From contig NIVC01003001.1 in assembly GCA_002269645.1 (NCBI GenBank), positions 62,001 to 126,000 of the forward strand: 64,000 nucleotides of DNA. The letters are read 5' to 3'. Both the position numbers and the translations under genes were made by a program. A model generated the notes under the pieces. That model was not told the DNA's origin. It saw only the letters and a list, made by a program, of their open reading frames with translations, and did no database searches. Origin of the DNA: Macrostomum lignano. Taxonomy: Eukaryota. This document shows positions 13,660 through 36,400 of the stretch, one piece after another (the stretch's first letter is position 1; every line of letters starts with the position of its first letter).

Positions 13660-13944
13660 TAAGCTGGCACTAATTCCCCAGTCTTGGGCTGGCACTAATT
13701 CCCCAGCCTTGAGCTGTCAATAATTCCCCAGTCTTGGGCTGGCACTAATTCCCCAGCCTTGAGCTGGCACTAATTCCCCAGTCTTGGGCTGGCACTAATT
13801 CCCCAGTCTTGGGCTGGCACTAATTCCCCAGCCTTAAGCTGGCACTAATTCCCCAGTCTTGGGCTGGCACTAATTCCCCAGTCTTGGGCTGGCACTAATT
13901 CCCCAGCCTTGAGCTGGCACTAATTCCGAAGCCTTGAGCTGGCA

Positions 13945-13962
<18 letters not shown>
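13660..13962. repeat. 25-bp minisatellite
   Basis: GGCACTAATTCCCCAG(T/C)CTTG(G/A)GCT, about 12 copies. Confidence 0.92.
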
Positions 13963-22031
<8,069 letters not shown>

Positions 22032-23214
22032 GGCTGCTGCTCAATGCCGACGGGAAATTTCCTATTCAGCTCGGCAGAACGGATCGAGTCTGTGTGAGGT
22101 CTTGGCTCGGTACAGCGTCCGGCCCTGGAGGCGGCTTCCAGGGAGGCAGTTCTTTAGTAGCTGTAGAATAATTAGTCGCGGCAGACTTTCGAGGCAAGGA
22201 GAAAGTATCCAATTTTTGTAATATTTAAAATAGACTACAATCGCATTTCACTACAGCGGGCATTTACTACAGACTCATCTGAGATTATCGCAATCGAAAG
22301 AGTATCTCCTCCCGATGCTCCTGTGCTGTGTGCTTGGCTACATGAATGTAACGCAGAAAACTCGAGACACTTTAAAGTAACTTCTCAGGAGCAGCTGAGG
22401 AGGAGGGGGTCGGCGCCTCTGATTGGCTGAACCTGCTAACACCATATGTAGGCGCTGATTTGGTTTGGATACCCGTTGCAACGCCAAGAACCACAAGTAG
22501 TCTAGAAGTCCCTTGTTGTAAGGCTGGTTGAATTTTTTTCGCCAATTTAACAGCACGACCGCTTATAGTTGAATCTTAAAATTTGGAATCAAGTTGTGAA
22601 AGAACTTTTGTTGAACAGACGATATTCTTGCAAAATGGATTAACTTCTCATGTACTACAGCTCCACTTTGCTAATAAATGCATGCTAGTATGCGACCAAG
22701 TTCTCTCTGGAGCAAAACAGACATCAATCAATGTAGCAAAACTGATCGAAGACTTATAAAGATTTTCCCGGCAATAAACAGAATTCATAAATACACAACC
22801 GGGACTCTAATTTGGTAGCAAGTGCGCGCAGTCCTCTCTCCATCAGGGGGTACGCGAGAAGGACAAGCAGCCAGTGCTAATCCCAAGCTAACAAGCCGAT
22901 ACGAGCAGCTCAGCTTTGCCGGAGCTCAAATTGTTAATTGGGGCGGCAATCAACGCAAACGGCAAAACGACTTAATAAGCTGATCCGATAATGGCCGCTG
23001 TCGCAGGGGCCACCGAGTCCGACGGGTGCCCCCTGCTTGTGGCTAATAATAGCTCGAGATGTTTTGATATTCTGCCCACGCACTTGCGCGTTGCTGTCGA
23101 TTTAGCCGCGAAGAAGAAAAACTTCTTCGTCCCTTCAACGATGCGACAATGAGTTTGGTCAGTATGATATTGTCACGAACTTTTCCATTTTTTCCTGTTT
23201 TAAATTAACAATTG

Positions 23215-23507
23215 TTTTGTCCTTATGTACTTTACCTCCTTATGTACTTTACCTCCTTATGTACTTTACCTCCTTATGTCCTTTACCTCCTTATGTACTT
23301 TACCTCCTTATGTACTTTACCTCCTTATGTACTTTACCTCCTTATGTCCTTTACCTCCTTATGTCCTTTACCTCCTTATGTACTTTACCTCCTTATGTAC
23401 TTTACCTCCTTATGTACTTTACCTCCTTATGTCCTTTACCTCCTTATGTCCTTTACCTCCTTATGTCCTTTACCTCCTTATGTCCTTTACCTCCTTATGT
23501 CCTTTAC
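23215..23507. repeat. 17-bp minisatellite CCTTATGT(A/C)CTTTACCT
   Basis: About 17 copies with a single A/C variable position. Confidence 0.95.
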
Positions 23508-23917
23508 CAGTGATGGGCACGTTACTCAAAAAAGTAACGAGCAACGAAGTAACATTAATTGTTACCAACCCCTAAGGTAAACAAAAATTAAGTAACGAAA
23601 ATTTGAAAAAAGTAACGAATTACGAAAAACGTTACTCTGATCTTTTTGTTTTTGGTAAAGAACTGGCTTTTCACTGCTATTTTACTGTTTTATTTAGGCC
23701 CCAATTCTAATAAGTTGATAAACACATTCTTTACTTTTGTTATACTAGCTTATACGCTGCTATTGCGATTATGCAAAACAAAAAATGAAAAAATAATAAT
23801 GCAAATGGTGAATAGCTCGTATTTTGACTTCGTCATTTTCAAGTGTTTTACTTAATTTAATTTATACAGGAATAAATTAGAGAATACATTATATTTGTTT
23901 TAATACCTCAAATGCAT

Positions 23918-24015
<98 letters not shown>

Positions 24016-24659
24016 TTGGTTTTGTCAGCCTAACTGAGAATAAAGCCATCCAAAGTGAGAATCCTGCCTACGCTGACTGCGAAGGGCCCGGCTGCGTGCA
24101 GCCTTAGTCTATGGGCCATAGACAATAAAGGACAAGCAAAGTGATAAAAAGCCATCCAATGTGAGAATCGATTGGTCTATGCGTCGTATTCTTTTATTTT
24201 TATACCTTCTGAGCCATATGACTAGCCAATAGCTTGAACGGAATAACGGAAACAGGAACACACTGGATGATACAGAACAGTAAAGTAAAGAGTTAAAATA
24301 GCCGTCCCTCAATGCACTGCCCAAAGAGTCGTCTGCAATGCAGGTCCCACGCGGCAGCCTTCCCAGCAGTGACTGTGTCGTCAATCGCTTCGCGCGCCTC
24401 CCTCTCTAACAGCATGTTCCTGTTTCCGTTATTCCGTTCAAGCTATTGGCTAGTCATATGGCTCAGAAGGTATAAAAATAAAAGAATACGACGCATAGAC
24501 CAATCGATTCTCACATTGGATGGCTTTTTATCACTTTGCTTGTCCTTTATAGTCTATGGCCCATAGACTAAGGCTGCACGCAGCCAGGCCCTTCGCAGTC
24601 AGCGTAGGCAGGATTCTCACTTTGGATGGCTTTATTCTCAGTTAGGCTGACAAAACCAA
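24016..24659. mobile_element. Foldback/MITE with 245-bp TIRs inserted in a (TAG)n microsatellite
   Basis: 24016-24260 is the near-perfect reverse complement of 24415-24659 around a 154-bp spacer; flanked TA|TTGG...CCAA|TA by (TAG)n at about 23919-24015 and 24660-24813. Confidence 0.88.
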
Positions 24660-24814
<155 letters not shown>

Positions 24815-25228
24815 CCGGCGACACCTGATACATGTACTCTATGAGCCCCGTATGATGCATGGGCTAAATCATTAGTATGCAATCGACAATACCTCTGAGT
24901 ACGCCACTTAAAAACGTACGTGAGCATTTCATTCACCCGTCGGCGTGGCTCCACAAGAAGCACATCAGCATAAAGCATCCGAGGGTCGGAGCGCAGAATA
25001 CGCGAGACATTCACTACTGGGGGGCTCCCTCCCCATCGGGACGCAACAACAGCTGCTGGCTCCGAGCTCTTATAGTGTCGGATATTGAGTCAATAGCTTA
25101 ATCAGAACTTTCCCGTTTGGTGCTATTCTGAGCCAAATGCCCTGAAAGCAGCTTCATTTTGAGTCCGATGCTTTTCAGGTCATTAGTCCTCAGTTTGTAG
25201 GTGATGGACCTAAAGTGGTGCTAGTAGG

Positions 25229-25397
25229 TGGTGTTAAAGCCTCTGGTGCTGGCGCCCCTTGGTGCTGGCGCCCCTTGGTGCTGGCGCCCCTTGGTGCTGG
25301 CGCCCCTTGGTGCTGGCGCCCCTTGGTGCTGGCGCCCCTTGGTGCTGGCGCCCCTTGGTGCTGGCGCCCCTTGGTGCTGGCGCCCCTGGTGTTAAAG
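25229..25397. repeat. 16-bp minisatellite GGTGCTGGCGCCCCTT
   Basis: About 9 copies; reverse complement matches the units at 37262-37700. Confidence 0.92.
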
Positions 25398-25586
25398 GAA
25401 TTGTTTATTAGCAACTCATCTAATATATAACTCTATTCGATGTCAGGAAATCAGAATCATGATGAAGAGCAGTTAGTCTCAGTATAACGAAGTCATTAAA
25501 ATCCAATGCGATATTAAGAGAACAACATGTAGGTTAATGTTTTAATTTTATAACACTAGATGTAACTGACGATGAAGTTACCAGGT

Positions 25587-27184
25587 TTAATCACGCGTGC
25601 TCCTAGCAAACATAACAGCCTCCGTGTGCTCGGTGGTCTCAGCCAGTGCAGCAAAGGGCTGCTCCCCACTGATAGAATCCGTGTACTGCCGATAGTCCAC
25701 CGAGGCCAGCCGCTGGAAGCCGAGTTTCTCGTAGATTCGCTGCGAATGCCTGCTCTCGGTGCTGCCCACCGCCAGCGGGATGTCAAGCCGCTGGGCCGCT
25801 AGCCTCAGCGAGCATTCAACGAGGCGTCTGCCGATGCCGCGTCTGCCGTGCGTTGCCTTGACAACCAGCAGTCGGAAGGCAAGAGCTCGACGCGCCTCCG
25901 GATAGAGATTGGACCAGTCTACCAGGGATTCCACGTGGTCTACCAGGCGCACTACCAGACTGTGCTTCGGGTAACGAGCTGCCAAGGTGCTGTCTGTGAG
26001 CAGCGGGTGCTTGAATGCTCTGAAATTGAAATACTCAAGCTCTAATAAATCTAGAAGTTGACTTTTCTTGCTGGACGTTTCCCGCTTTTGATTTTTTGAA
26101 AATGTCCATGGACCACTAAATATAAAGGACATGCAATCTGCATTGAGTGAGACGAGAAGTTCTCAGTTTTTTAGCACCAAATTGGAATCATCTCAACTTA
26201 TGGATTTCCGAACTACGTAAAAGTCTCTTAAGAAAGCGAAATCCATAGAAAAAGCATAACTGTAATATGACGTACCGCTATCCAATAATGCTTTAAATAC
26301 ATTCTTTCTGGATAAACTTGTCAGCGCACCTCAGATAAAACAAAAACAAATTCATGCTTTATTTGCAAGCCAGCAGTCCCAAATCAAGGACTACTTCCTA
26401 TTTTGTCCGTCACTATATCCGTAGCAACTTTGAAAAGTGGCCACCTTATAATTTGCACAACTCACTCTACGACATACATTACGTAATCACCACGCTGAGC
26501 AATCACGGGGTGTAACAGAAAAAAGAATTTTAAGATTGTTTATTTAGTTTAGTAAAACTATTAGTAACATTCGAATTACATTTTTATTTCCGAATAATAG
26601 TAATAATTGATTACACACCTGCCCTAATGGGCAGATGTGCAACCGACAGCTCAGCCGCAGCTATTGCGCGGCGCATCTGAAGGCTGCGTACGGCTGTTCA
26701 GTCCAAGGACTGGGGGGGGGGTCGCTACACATGCACCCTCAATACCCCAGCTAATGGGCGTTAAGCCTTTTGCTCAAGCACACAAATTGTTCCGAGTAAG
26801 GTCGAGAATCGAACCCCCGACCTTTCTGCCGCGAATCCGACGCTCTAACCAATGATACTGACTAAAAATGGCCCCTTACGTATCAATAAAACCTTACTCT
26901 TGATTCCTTCCTATTGACGATGACTCAACAGTAGACAGCCTGGCTCCGACCAGTTCTCCGCTGTCGCTGTCCACAGCCACCAGCGAGGCCCCCTGTTCCA
27001 GCACCGCCGGCAGCATTGCCAGCGTTGTCTCCACGTCGCTTGCCTCCATGGCGTTCAAGTGTCGAAATAGCGGCATTCGCGGATAGAAGTCTGCCAGGCA
27101 AAGTCGACAGATGGCATCGGAATCGGCTAAGGTGGCTGTGCGGAAGGTCAGACCCTCGTGCTGTTCAGCAAATTCAACAGACAT
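25587..27184 (-). CDS. GNAT-family N-acetyltransferase, arylalkylamine/dopamine N-acetyltransferase-like, 239 aa, 2 exons
   Basis: Exons 27184-26898 and 26019-25587 join in phase (GA|A = Glu). Motifs: LADFYPRMPL, ASLVAVD...GELVGARL, acetyl-CoA motif VKATHGRRGIGRRLVE, SRHSQRIYEKLGF. Confidence 0.88.
26618..26856 (-). mobile_element. tRNA-derived SINE, internally deleted copy, in the GNAT intron
   Basis: Close match to 53081-53373 over the tail (CCCTAATGGGCAGATGTG...GGCTGCGTACGGC) and the tRNA-like head (GGTTCGATTCTCGACC on minus); most of the central domain is missing. Confidence 0.85.
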
Positions 27185-27869
27185 GGCCAACTAGCTTTGC
27201 ATGTTATTAACTCGTCTCTCTTAGTCTGCATAGCCAGGCTTTTTGTACAAAGCAAATGCGTAAGTTCTAACTGAGAAAATGCAGCCACCCCCAATCCTTC
27301 TGACAAATGTGCACATGCATGTATCCACTAACGTGCGCACACGAAAGAGAGAAACAAGCTAGTATTCTATTAATAGACACGTACATTTGAATTATGGACG
27401 ATAGCTATTTGCCAGCGTTGTGGCTTATTCACGCCATAATTGTCATACAATCGCATTGCCATTATGGCGTTATGACATTTTGCGCATTGTCATTATTGAA
27501 ATGAATGCAATGAAGGGGCTAAGACCATTGGGGGACATAAACGGTCATGACCTCCAGAAAGTCATCCCTTGCTACTTTCTATTGACAGCTGAACCACATG
27601 TATAGATGGGACTAGCAATCCAGTGCCCTCCTTCGGGGCGCGCAATAAGCAAGGAGCAAAAAATATTCATGGAAAACAATTAAAAAAGCACATTTCTTAA
27701 GAACCAATTCCTTCTTCAGTTTTATAAATCACCTTATTCCAGTAAAATTGTCACGGACAAAGCTATGTTAGTTATGAAGCTCTTTCTTTTTTTTATAAAA
27801 TTAACAGAAAGACAACAAAATATAGTTTTCACAAAGATAACAGACATTCCCCCTAAATAGAAAGCATCC

Positions 27870-28195
27870 CCAAGACCCCAAGATCCCCAACACCCCCATA
27901 TAGCAAGCATCCCCCAGATAGCAAGCATCCACCCAGATAGCAAGCATCCTGCAGATAGCAAGCATCCCGGAGATAGCAAGCATCCTGCAGATAGCAAGCA
28001 TCCCGGAGATAGCAAGAATCCCTAAATACAATAGCAAGCATCCCTGGATGGAAAGAATCCCATAAATGTAGATACATGTAGCCAGTACCCCCCTCTCCCA
28101 AATAGCAAGTACCCCCTCCCCCCTCGAGAGCAAGCATCCCCCCGATAGTAAGCACCCCCCCCCCCAGATACAATAGCAAGCATCCCCCAGATATT
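27870..28195. repeat. Degenerate 18-20-bp minisatellite (AGATAGCAAGCATCCC)
   Basis: Tandem copies visible. Confidence 0.85.
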
Positions 28196-28777
28196 AAGAA
28201 TCCACCAGTGCAGAATCCATTCTTCTGTAGGGATGTAGGAAGCGCTAGAGAGATATCATCGCACGAGATATCGTTATGTTGTTCTCTCGGAGGTCTGGCC
28301 AGAAATAGGCATAATGTCTGTCAAACTATATGGCTGGCGGCTTCGGGGTAGCAGATCCTGGTGACACTATGAATCGATATTTTACCGTTTATTAAGTGAT
28401 TCAAGATCGGATACGAGCACGTCACCAATGCGGCATTTTATCGGCCAGTATGATATAGCTGGCAAGCCACATCATCCAAGCCGAGTCTTACTGCCCCCAA
28501 CCGGTGCAGGAGTTGCTGCTGCTGACGCTGCAGGCACCCAGCCGGGAGGGGTAGGCGCACACTCGGCGTTTTGTCGACTGCATGTTGGCTGAAACCGGCG
28601 CCCAGGACACCGATGGTGATGCGGCCTACGTTCGCGCACAGGCTCTGAAATGCGGATACACTTTCGACAGATCGGCCTTCTCGCTAAAGCGCTGCATGTA
28701 TAATAGTTATCGCCGCAGTTTTGGAACGTGGCTATTAGCTAATAGCCACGGAAAAGATAATCGTCCTTAATTTTTAG

Positions 28778-30541
<1,764 letters not shown>

Positions 30542-31213
30542 TTCTGACAAACTTCTGTTGTTCGCTACTGTTTTCCAAACGTATTCAGACACTACAGAAA
30601 GTACCGAGTAGCTATAAATGGAAGAATTGAATTTGTTTTATGGCTGAAATTCAAAAAAGACGTTCTTTGGTCCCCTTTGTTAAAATGAAAATTATGTTTC
30701 ACAACTCAATTTTTAAAAATGAAAAAATCGCAGTTCAGCACTTTTCTTTCTTTTCTTGACTTCATGAGCTCTATTGTGACGATTAACCGGCAGACTCGAA
30801 ATTAACTGACGAAGACAAATATAGCAGAGGCAAATTTTGTAGCGGTAGCACTTGATGATAGTAGCGAATGATGCGGGCGGTGGCCGCAGTTCAAACTTAT
30901 TGTAACCGGATGAGTGGATAGTTAGGGCTCGTTATTAACGATTCCGTCTGGGTAGTTAATAGAGATGGGCCGGAGTATTTGCTGAATCCGTAAGGAATGC
31001 ACTGGGCGGCTACGCAACAATAAGATAGATGATAGATGATGGAGCGAATCGATGAGCCTGAGGCAATGGCGACGATGTGACGGCAGTGATCGTGTGGTGG
31101 CGGTACTCGTAGCGAGAACCCTTTACAGAACGGTGGTGGTGGCGTGATCGAGAATTGGCGGTGGCGGTGGCGTGACTGAGACTTGGCAGAGGCGTGGTTT
31201 AGAACTGTGGCGG

Positions 31214-31257
<44 letters not shown>

Positions 31258-31793
31258 GGCCGGAAGGGGTGCTTTCACAAGGTCGAAATTTCACAACATC
31301 GAAAACTTTAGCAAAGGGCTTCATAAGGTCGAAATTTCACAACGTAGAAAACTCAAATAGCAGCCACTTTCACAAGGTCGAAACTTCACAAGGTCGAAAT
31401 TTCATAAGGTCAAAATTTCACAAGATCGAAATTTCACAACACCGAAAACTCTAGCAAGAGATTTCATAAAGTCAAAATTTCACAAGGTCGAAATTTCATA
31501 ACATCGAAAACTCAAATAGCAGCCACTTTCACAAGGTCGAAACTTCATAAGCTCGAAATTTCACAACGTCGAAAATTTAATATAACAAGAACAATACAGT
31601 AGTTTCCTACGTTATGAAATTTCGACCTTGTGAAGTTTCGACCTTGTGAAATTTCGACCTTACGCTCGTATGCAGTCCCTTGCTAAAGTTTTCGATGTTG
31701 TGAAATTTCGACCTTGTGAAGTTTCGATCTTGTGAAAGAAGGTGCTTTCGACGTTGTGAAATTTCGAGTTTGTGAAACCCCCCCCCCGGCCGG
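31258..31793. mobile_element. Palindromic non-autonomous element built from oppositely oriented subterminal repeats, next to (GA)n 31217-31255
   Basis: AAGGTCGAAATTTCAC repeats in the left half and GTGAAATTTCGACCTT in the right half; CCGG/G-run termini are inverted. Confidence 0.7.
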
Positions 31794-33494
31794 AAAACAG
31801 GGTCTAACCCGAGCGCCCCAGCCAGACAGGACTGATAAAGAGCGGGCTGGGGGTGGGTGCGCGAGGAGAGCTTAATTTCAGGCTAGCATAATTTATGCGC
31901 GGCTTTTCTATTGGCCGGCGAGAAAAACCAACTTGAAAACAGAAATTAACGATCGCATTGTACATAGGCATTACAAACGCACGAAATGTTGTTTAAAATT
32001 CTTTGGGCATTACTTTAAGCAGACGTTAGAGTACGAGACCATTAAATTAAAAATAATATAGAATGACACTGCTTTCGCTAAAACGGCCCTTGTCGGGGCT
32101 ACCTCAGCTGACAACGTCACACTATCTAATTTATTTCAAACTTTGATACAGTTATTTATTCATTAACTGAATATCAATAACTTTAAATCTGTTGTGTGGA
32201 GACAAAAATATTAGTTTAGTAGGACAGTACATGTACAGACCATATTTCTGAGCGTATTTTCCTTATAACTCTACTATTTAGTAGAGCATAAAGTGAAAGT
32301 TCAGTATAATTATGCCAGGTATTTTAGTTTTTCAGTCGTAGATTTTAATTTATCTATTTATCAGTTTTATAAACAGCACGACATAAATACACTGAAGCGG
32401 TCTATATAGATCGTTGAGATCTCTAGCTAAGTGCAACTGAAAATATACAATCTGCAAATCGATATAGCTAAATCCTAAATGAATTCACATCAACTTATAT
32501 TGGTTAAAATTCATGTACTTGCAACGTAAACACACACGTAAAGTTGAACTTTATATGCATGATATGATTTATCAGATTAGGAAATGAGTTATTTTCTCAC
32601 AAGTTTTAAGGCACTTGCGTTTTTTCAGGGCGTTATCTTCTGTTAGCTACAAAACTTCTGCGTCTTTTCGGGACCGTGGATAGGTTAGATTATTGAAAAA
32701 CTAGATACATGCAGATAGTGCATATTTAGCATAACAACGCTAAGGTGATCACAAAAGAAAGCATTTATGTAATCTAGGAGAACTTTTCATAATTCTGTTA
32801 TAGTTTTGGCAGAAGCCAACACGCAATGCTTATATGCCAAATTTACACACAAAACATTTTATTAATTTCTTTTTGTATGGCCTGTCAAGATTCTTTTACA
32901 GTATATAGCTGACTGACAAACTTTTCTGTGCCCTCTAGTGCAAGAAATATGCGTTGGGTCTGTGCGTTGTGTGTGTGGCATGTATTTGGCAGTATGAATT
33001 CAAAGAGAGAGAGAGAGAATGGTAGAAAGCAGAAAACCTGGGGTGACATGCACGCAAACTGCCAAGTCACGTGACCGCTGGTGTGCCTGCCACCGCCCTC
33101 TCTCTCTTTCAAACCCAGTCTAGTCAGTGCGCTGTCCAGCAGAGAAGTGTTGTGTGGGATTGAATTTTCCAAGTCAAGCTTTCCGGCGCGCTTATTGGCG
33201 AGAGGTCTGCGCGCTTCAGAGCCACCCCCGTCCTTTGACAGGCTGCAGGGGTGAAGAGAAAAGAGAATTGACACAGTGAAGTACTAAAGAGGAAAATTGC
33301 AGCATAAAAGCCAACTAACGAACGCCGTTTCGTTTGGCTTTTTGAGGTTGCCGACTTCAAAGGTACAAAGAGGTCTGTTTCTACCCTATCCAGGCCGAGT
33401 GGAGAGCAGCAGTGTTAAAGACGGGTTCGCTTGCCGTTAGTCCTCTATCCAACCGAAGGATTGCCAGCTAATTAATACACCATCCTTGACTGCG

Positions 33495-36400
33495 ATGGCC
33501 ATGGCTACACTTCGATTCATTGGTCGAAAAATTGTCCTTGGCAAACAGGGACCCGGGCTGGCTGCTGCGTCAACTCTGAGGCGAGCCCTAGCAACCACAG
33601 TCGGATCAGTTGACAAGCAGAAGCGCCTGCTGACGGTTCGGTGGTCGGACAAGTCGCGTCGGGACAGTCTGCTGCCGTTGGCCTGGCTGCGGGACAACTG
33701 CCAGTGCAGCGCTTGCTTCCATCCCGACACGCTGTCCGGCTGCAGCTGATGGAGAACTTCGATCCGAAGATTGGCGCTGACAGCGTCCAGGTGAGACCCC
33801 AACAGCTTGTGAATTGAGCTCAGCTGAAACTGACAATTGAATCGCAGTTCCGAGTTCTAGTTTACGAATAGCCCTATTTTGAGTGGTTCGTCTCCACGAG
33901 GTTAATTATCAAGGTCTTCTCGGTCGATTGTTTCATACGGTTAAGCAAATTCGAGTGCTTTTCCAGACTGCTAAATGCTAACACAGAAACCGTTCCGATA
34001 AACCAAATCGCGATTCAAAGTTTGAACACCGCTAAGGATCAGACGTCACCGCCGAAGTTCAGGTTGGCTTATCGCGTCACTGGAATCTTATAAAATGTAT
34101 AGAGGAGTGTGAGGAGCCTTTATCTCGACTTTTATGCTTGCTGAAGCGTGCCTTTTATGAGCCTTGTAGACGACACGCAGAGGTTAGAACAAGGGCAATT
34201 AATGTTAAATGTGCTTTAACTTTAGTTTTTGAATGACGATATTTTCAGCGTCTAAACTCTGACCTTGAGAAGTACAAAGCATTCTGTTATTTAATGCACT
34301 TATTATTATTGGTACTCTTCTATCTAGTTTGACGATGCCAGCAAAACCTGCAGCGTCACCTGGTCGGACGGTCACGTGAGCACTTACAAATACGACTGGC
34401 TGATGCGGCGCAGCTTTGACTCAGAATCGCAGCAGCAGAGGAGCCTGTGGTACAGCGGCAAGCACGAGCTGTGGGGATCTGATTACGCCATCCGCAGGCA
34501 TCCGTTTGATCAGGTAGGTTACAGGTCAATTGAATTATTAACTAAACCAGCTAATGACTCTAAAATATTTCCCTATACTCATAGCTCCACTCTAAACCTG
34601 GTTCATACGTACATTGTCGATATAAGTTACTCTCAAACTCTCTTCAACGTAGAACGAAGTCTCCTCAGTATCTGTCTCAAATTTACACTGTCGCTTCCTC
34701 TCAATCTCTGCCCCAAATTTACACAGTAGCTTTCTATAAATCTCTGCCCCCAAAGTACACTGTAGCTTTCTATAAATCTCTGCCCCGAATGTACACTGTA
34801 GCGTTCTGTAAATTTCTGTCCCCAAAGTACACTGTAGCTTTCTATAAATCTCTGCCCCCAATGTACACTGTAACTTTCTATAAATCTCTGCCCCCGAAGT
34901 ACACTGTAGCTTTCTATAAATCTCTGCCCCGAATGTACACCGTAGCGTTCTATAAATCTATGTCCCCAATGTGCACTGTAGCTTCGTCTCAATCATTGTC
35001 CCAAAAGTACACTGCTGCTTTCTGTCAATCTCTGTCCCCAAAATGTACACAGAAGCAGCAGCTTTTTTCCCTTCTGTGTTGTTTTAAAATTTCGGTTACA
35101 GTAAAATTCTAACAAATACTCGGCCTGTTACCAATCAATTATATGCACTGGGCTTGTGCTTATCCCAATTGCACCATGATGTTTGGGAATCAAATTGCAG
35201 TGCTAGTACTGTAATACTCGTCAGTACCCTTGATCCCCTAGAAATCCCCGGGCTTTTGATTTAGCTAAGCACTGGGCACGCCCTTGCTTTAGTCACGCAT
35301 ATTCTCAAGGCTATATTCGTACATACTAAACGCAAAAGTACATCCGACTGTGTCCGCATAAATTTGCCAATTTGCTGACCACATAAACGTATCGAGATTC
35401 CGGAGCGGCTTCAAAGGCTTGCAGCAGACAAATCCAAGTCAAGGCAGAATTAAATTGTTTCTCCGGGCACACAGACGCATAAAGACTCGACTCAATCATC
35501 TTTAGAAGGAGCCATGCAGAGTTTAGTCTCGGCTGTGTCCACTCAGATCCAGACCACTGTAGGATCCCGTCCCATATTTTCCCATAAGATCTGGAGGATT
35601 CCTTCCTCTATTTTCATACTTTCTTTAAACTTTACTCATGCTAAATGATATCTAACTATACAATACCTGTATTGATTTCAATAATGACACAAATCTGTAT
35701 TGATCTCAATAGTGACACACACCTGTATTGATCTCAATAGTGACACATACCTGTATTGATCTCAATAGTGACACATACCTGTATTGATCTCTAACTATAC
35801 ACATCTGTATTGACCTCAATAGTGACACATACCTGTATTGATCTCAATAGTGACACACACCTGTATTGATCTCAATAGTGACACACACCTGTATTGATCT
35901 CAATAGTGACACACACCTGTATTGATCTCAATAGTGACACACACCTGCATTGATCTCAATAGTGACACACCTGTATTGATCTCAATAGTGACACACACCT
36001 GTATTGATCTCAATAGTGACACACACCTGTATTGATCTCAATAGTGACACACACCTGTATTGATCTCAATAGTGACACATACCTGTATTGATCTCAATAG
36101 TGACACACACCTGTATTGATCTCAATAGTGACACACACCTGTATTGATCTCAATAGTGACACACACCTGTATTGATCTCAATAGTGACACACACCTGTAT
36201 TGATCTTAATAGTGACACACACCTGTATTGATCTCAATAGTGACACACACCTGTATTGATCTCAATAGTGACACACACCTGTATTGATCTCAATAGTGAC
36301 ACACACCTGTATTGATCTTAATAGTGACACACACCTGTATTGATCTCAATAGTGACACATACCTGTATTGATTTCAATAATGACACATATCTGTATTGAT

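Noticed and set aside
23508-23640. hAT-like left end (CAGTGATGGGCACGTTACT...)
   Set aside because: No matching right end or TSD found; at most a fragment.
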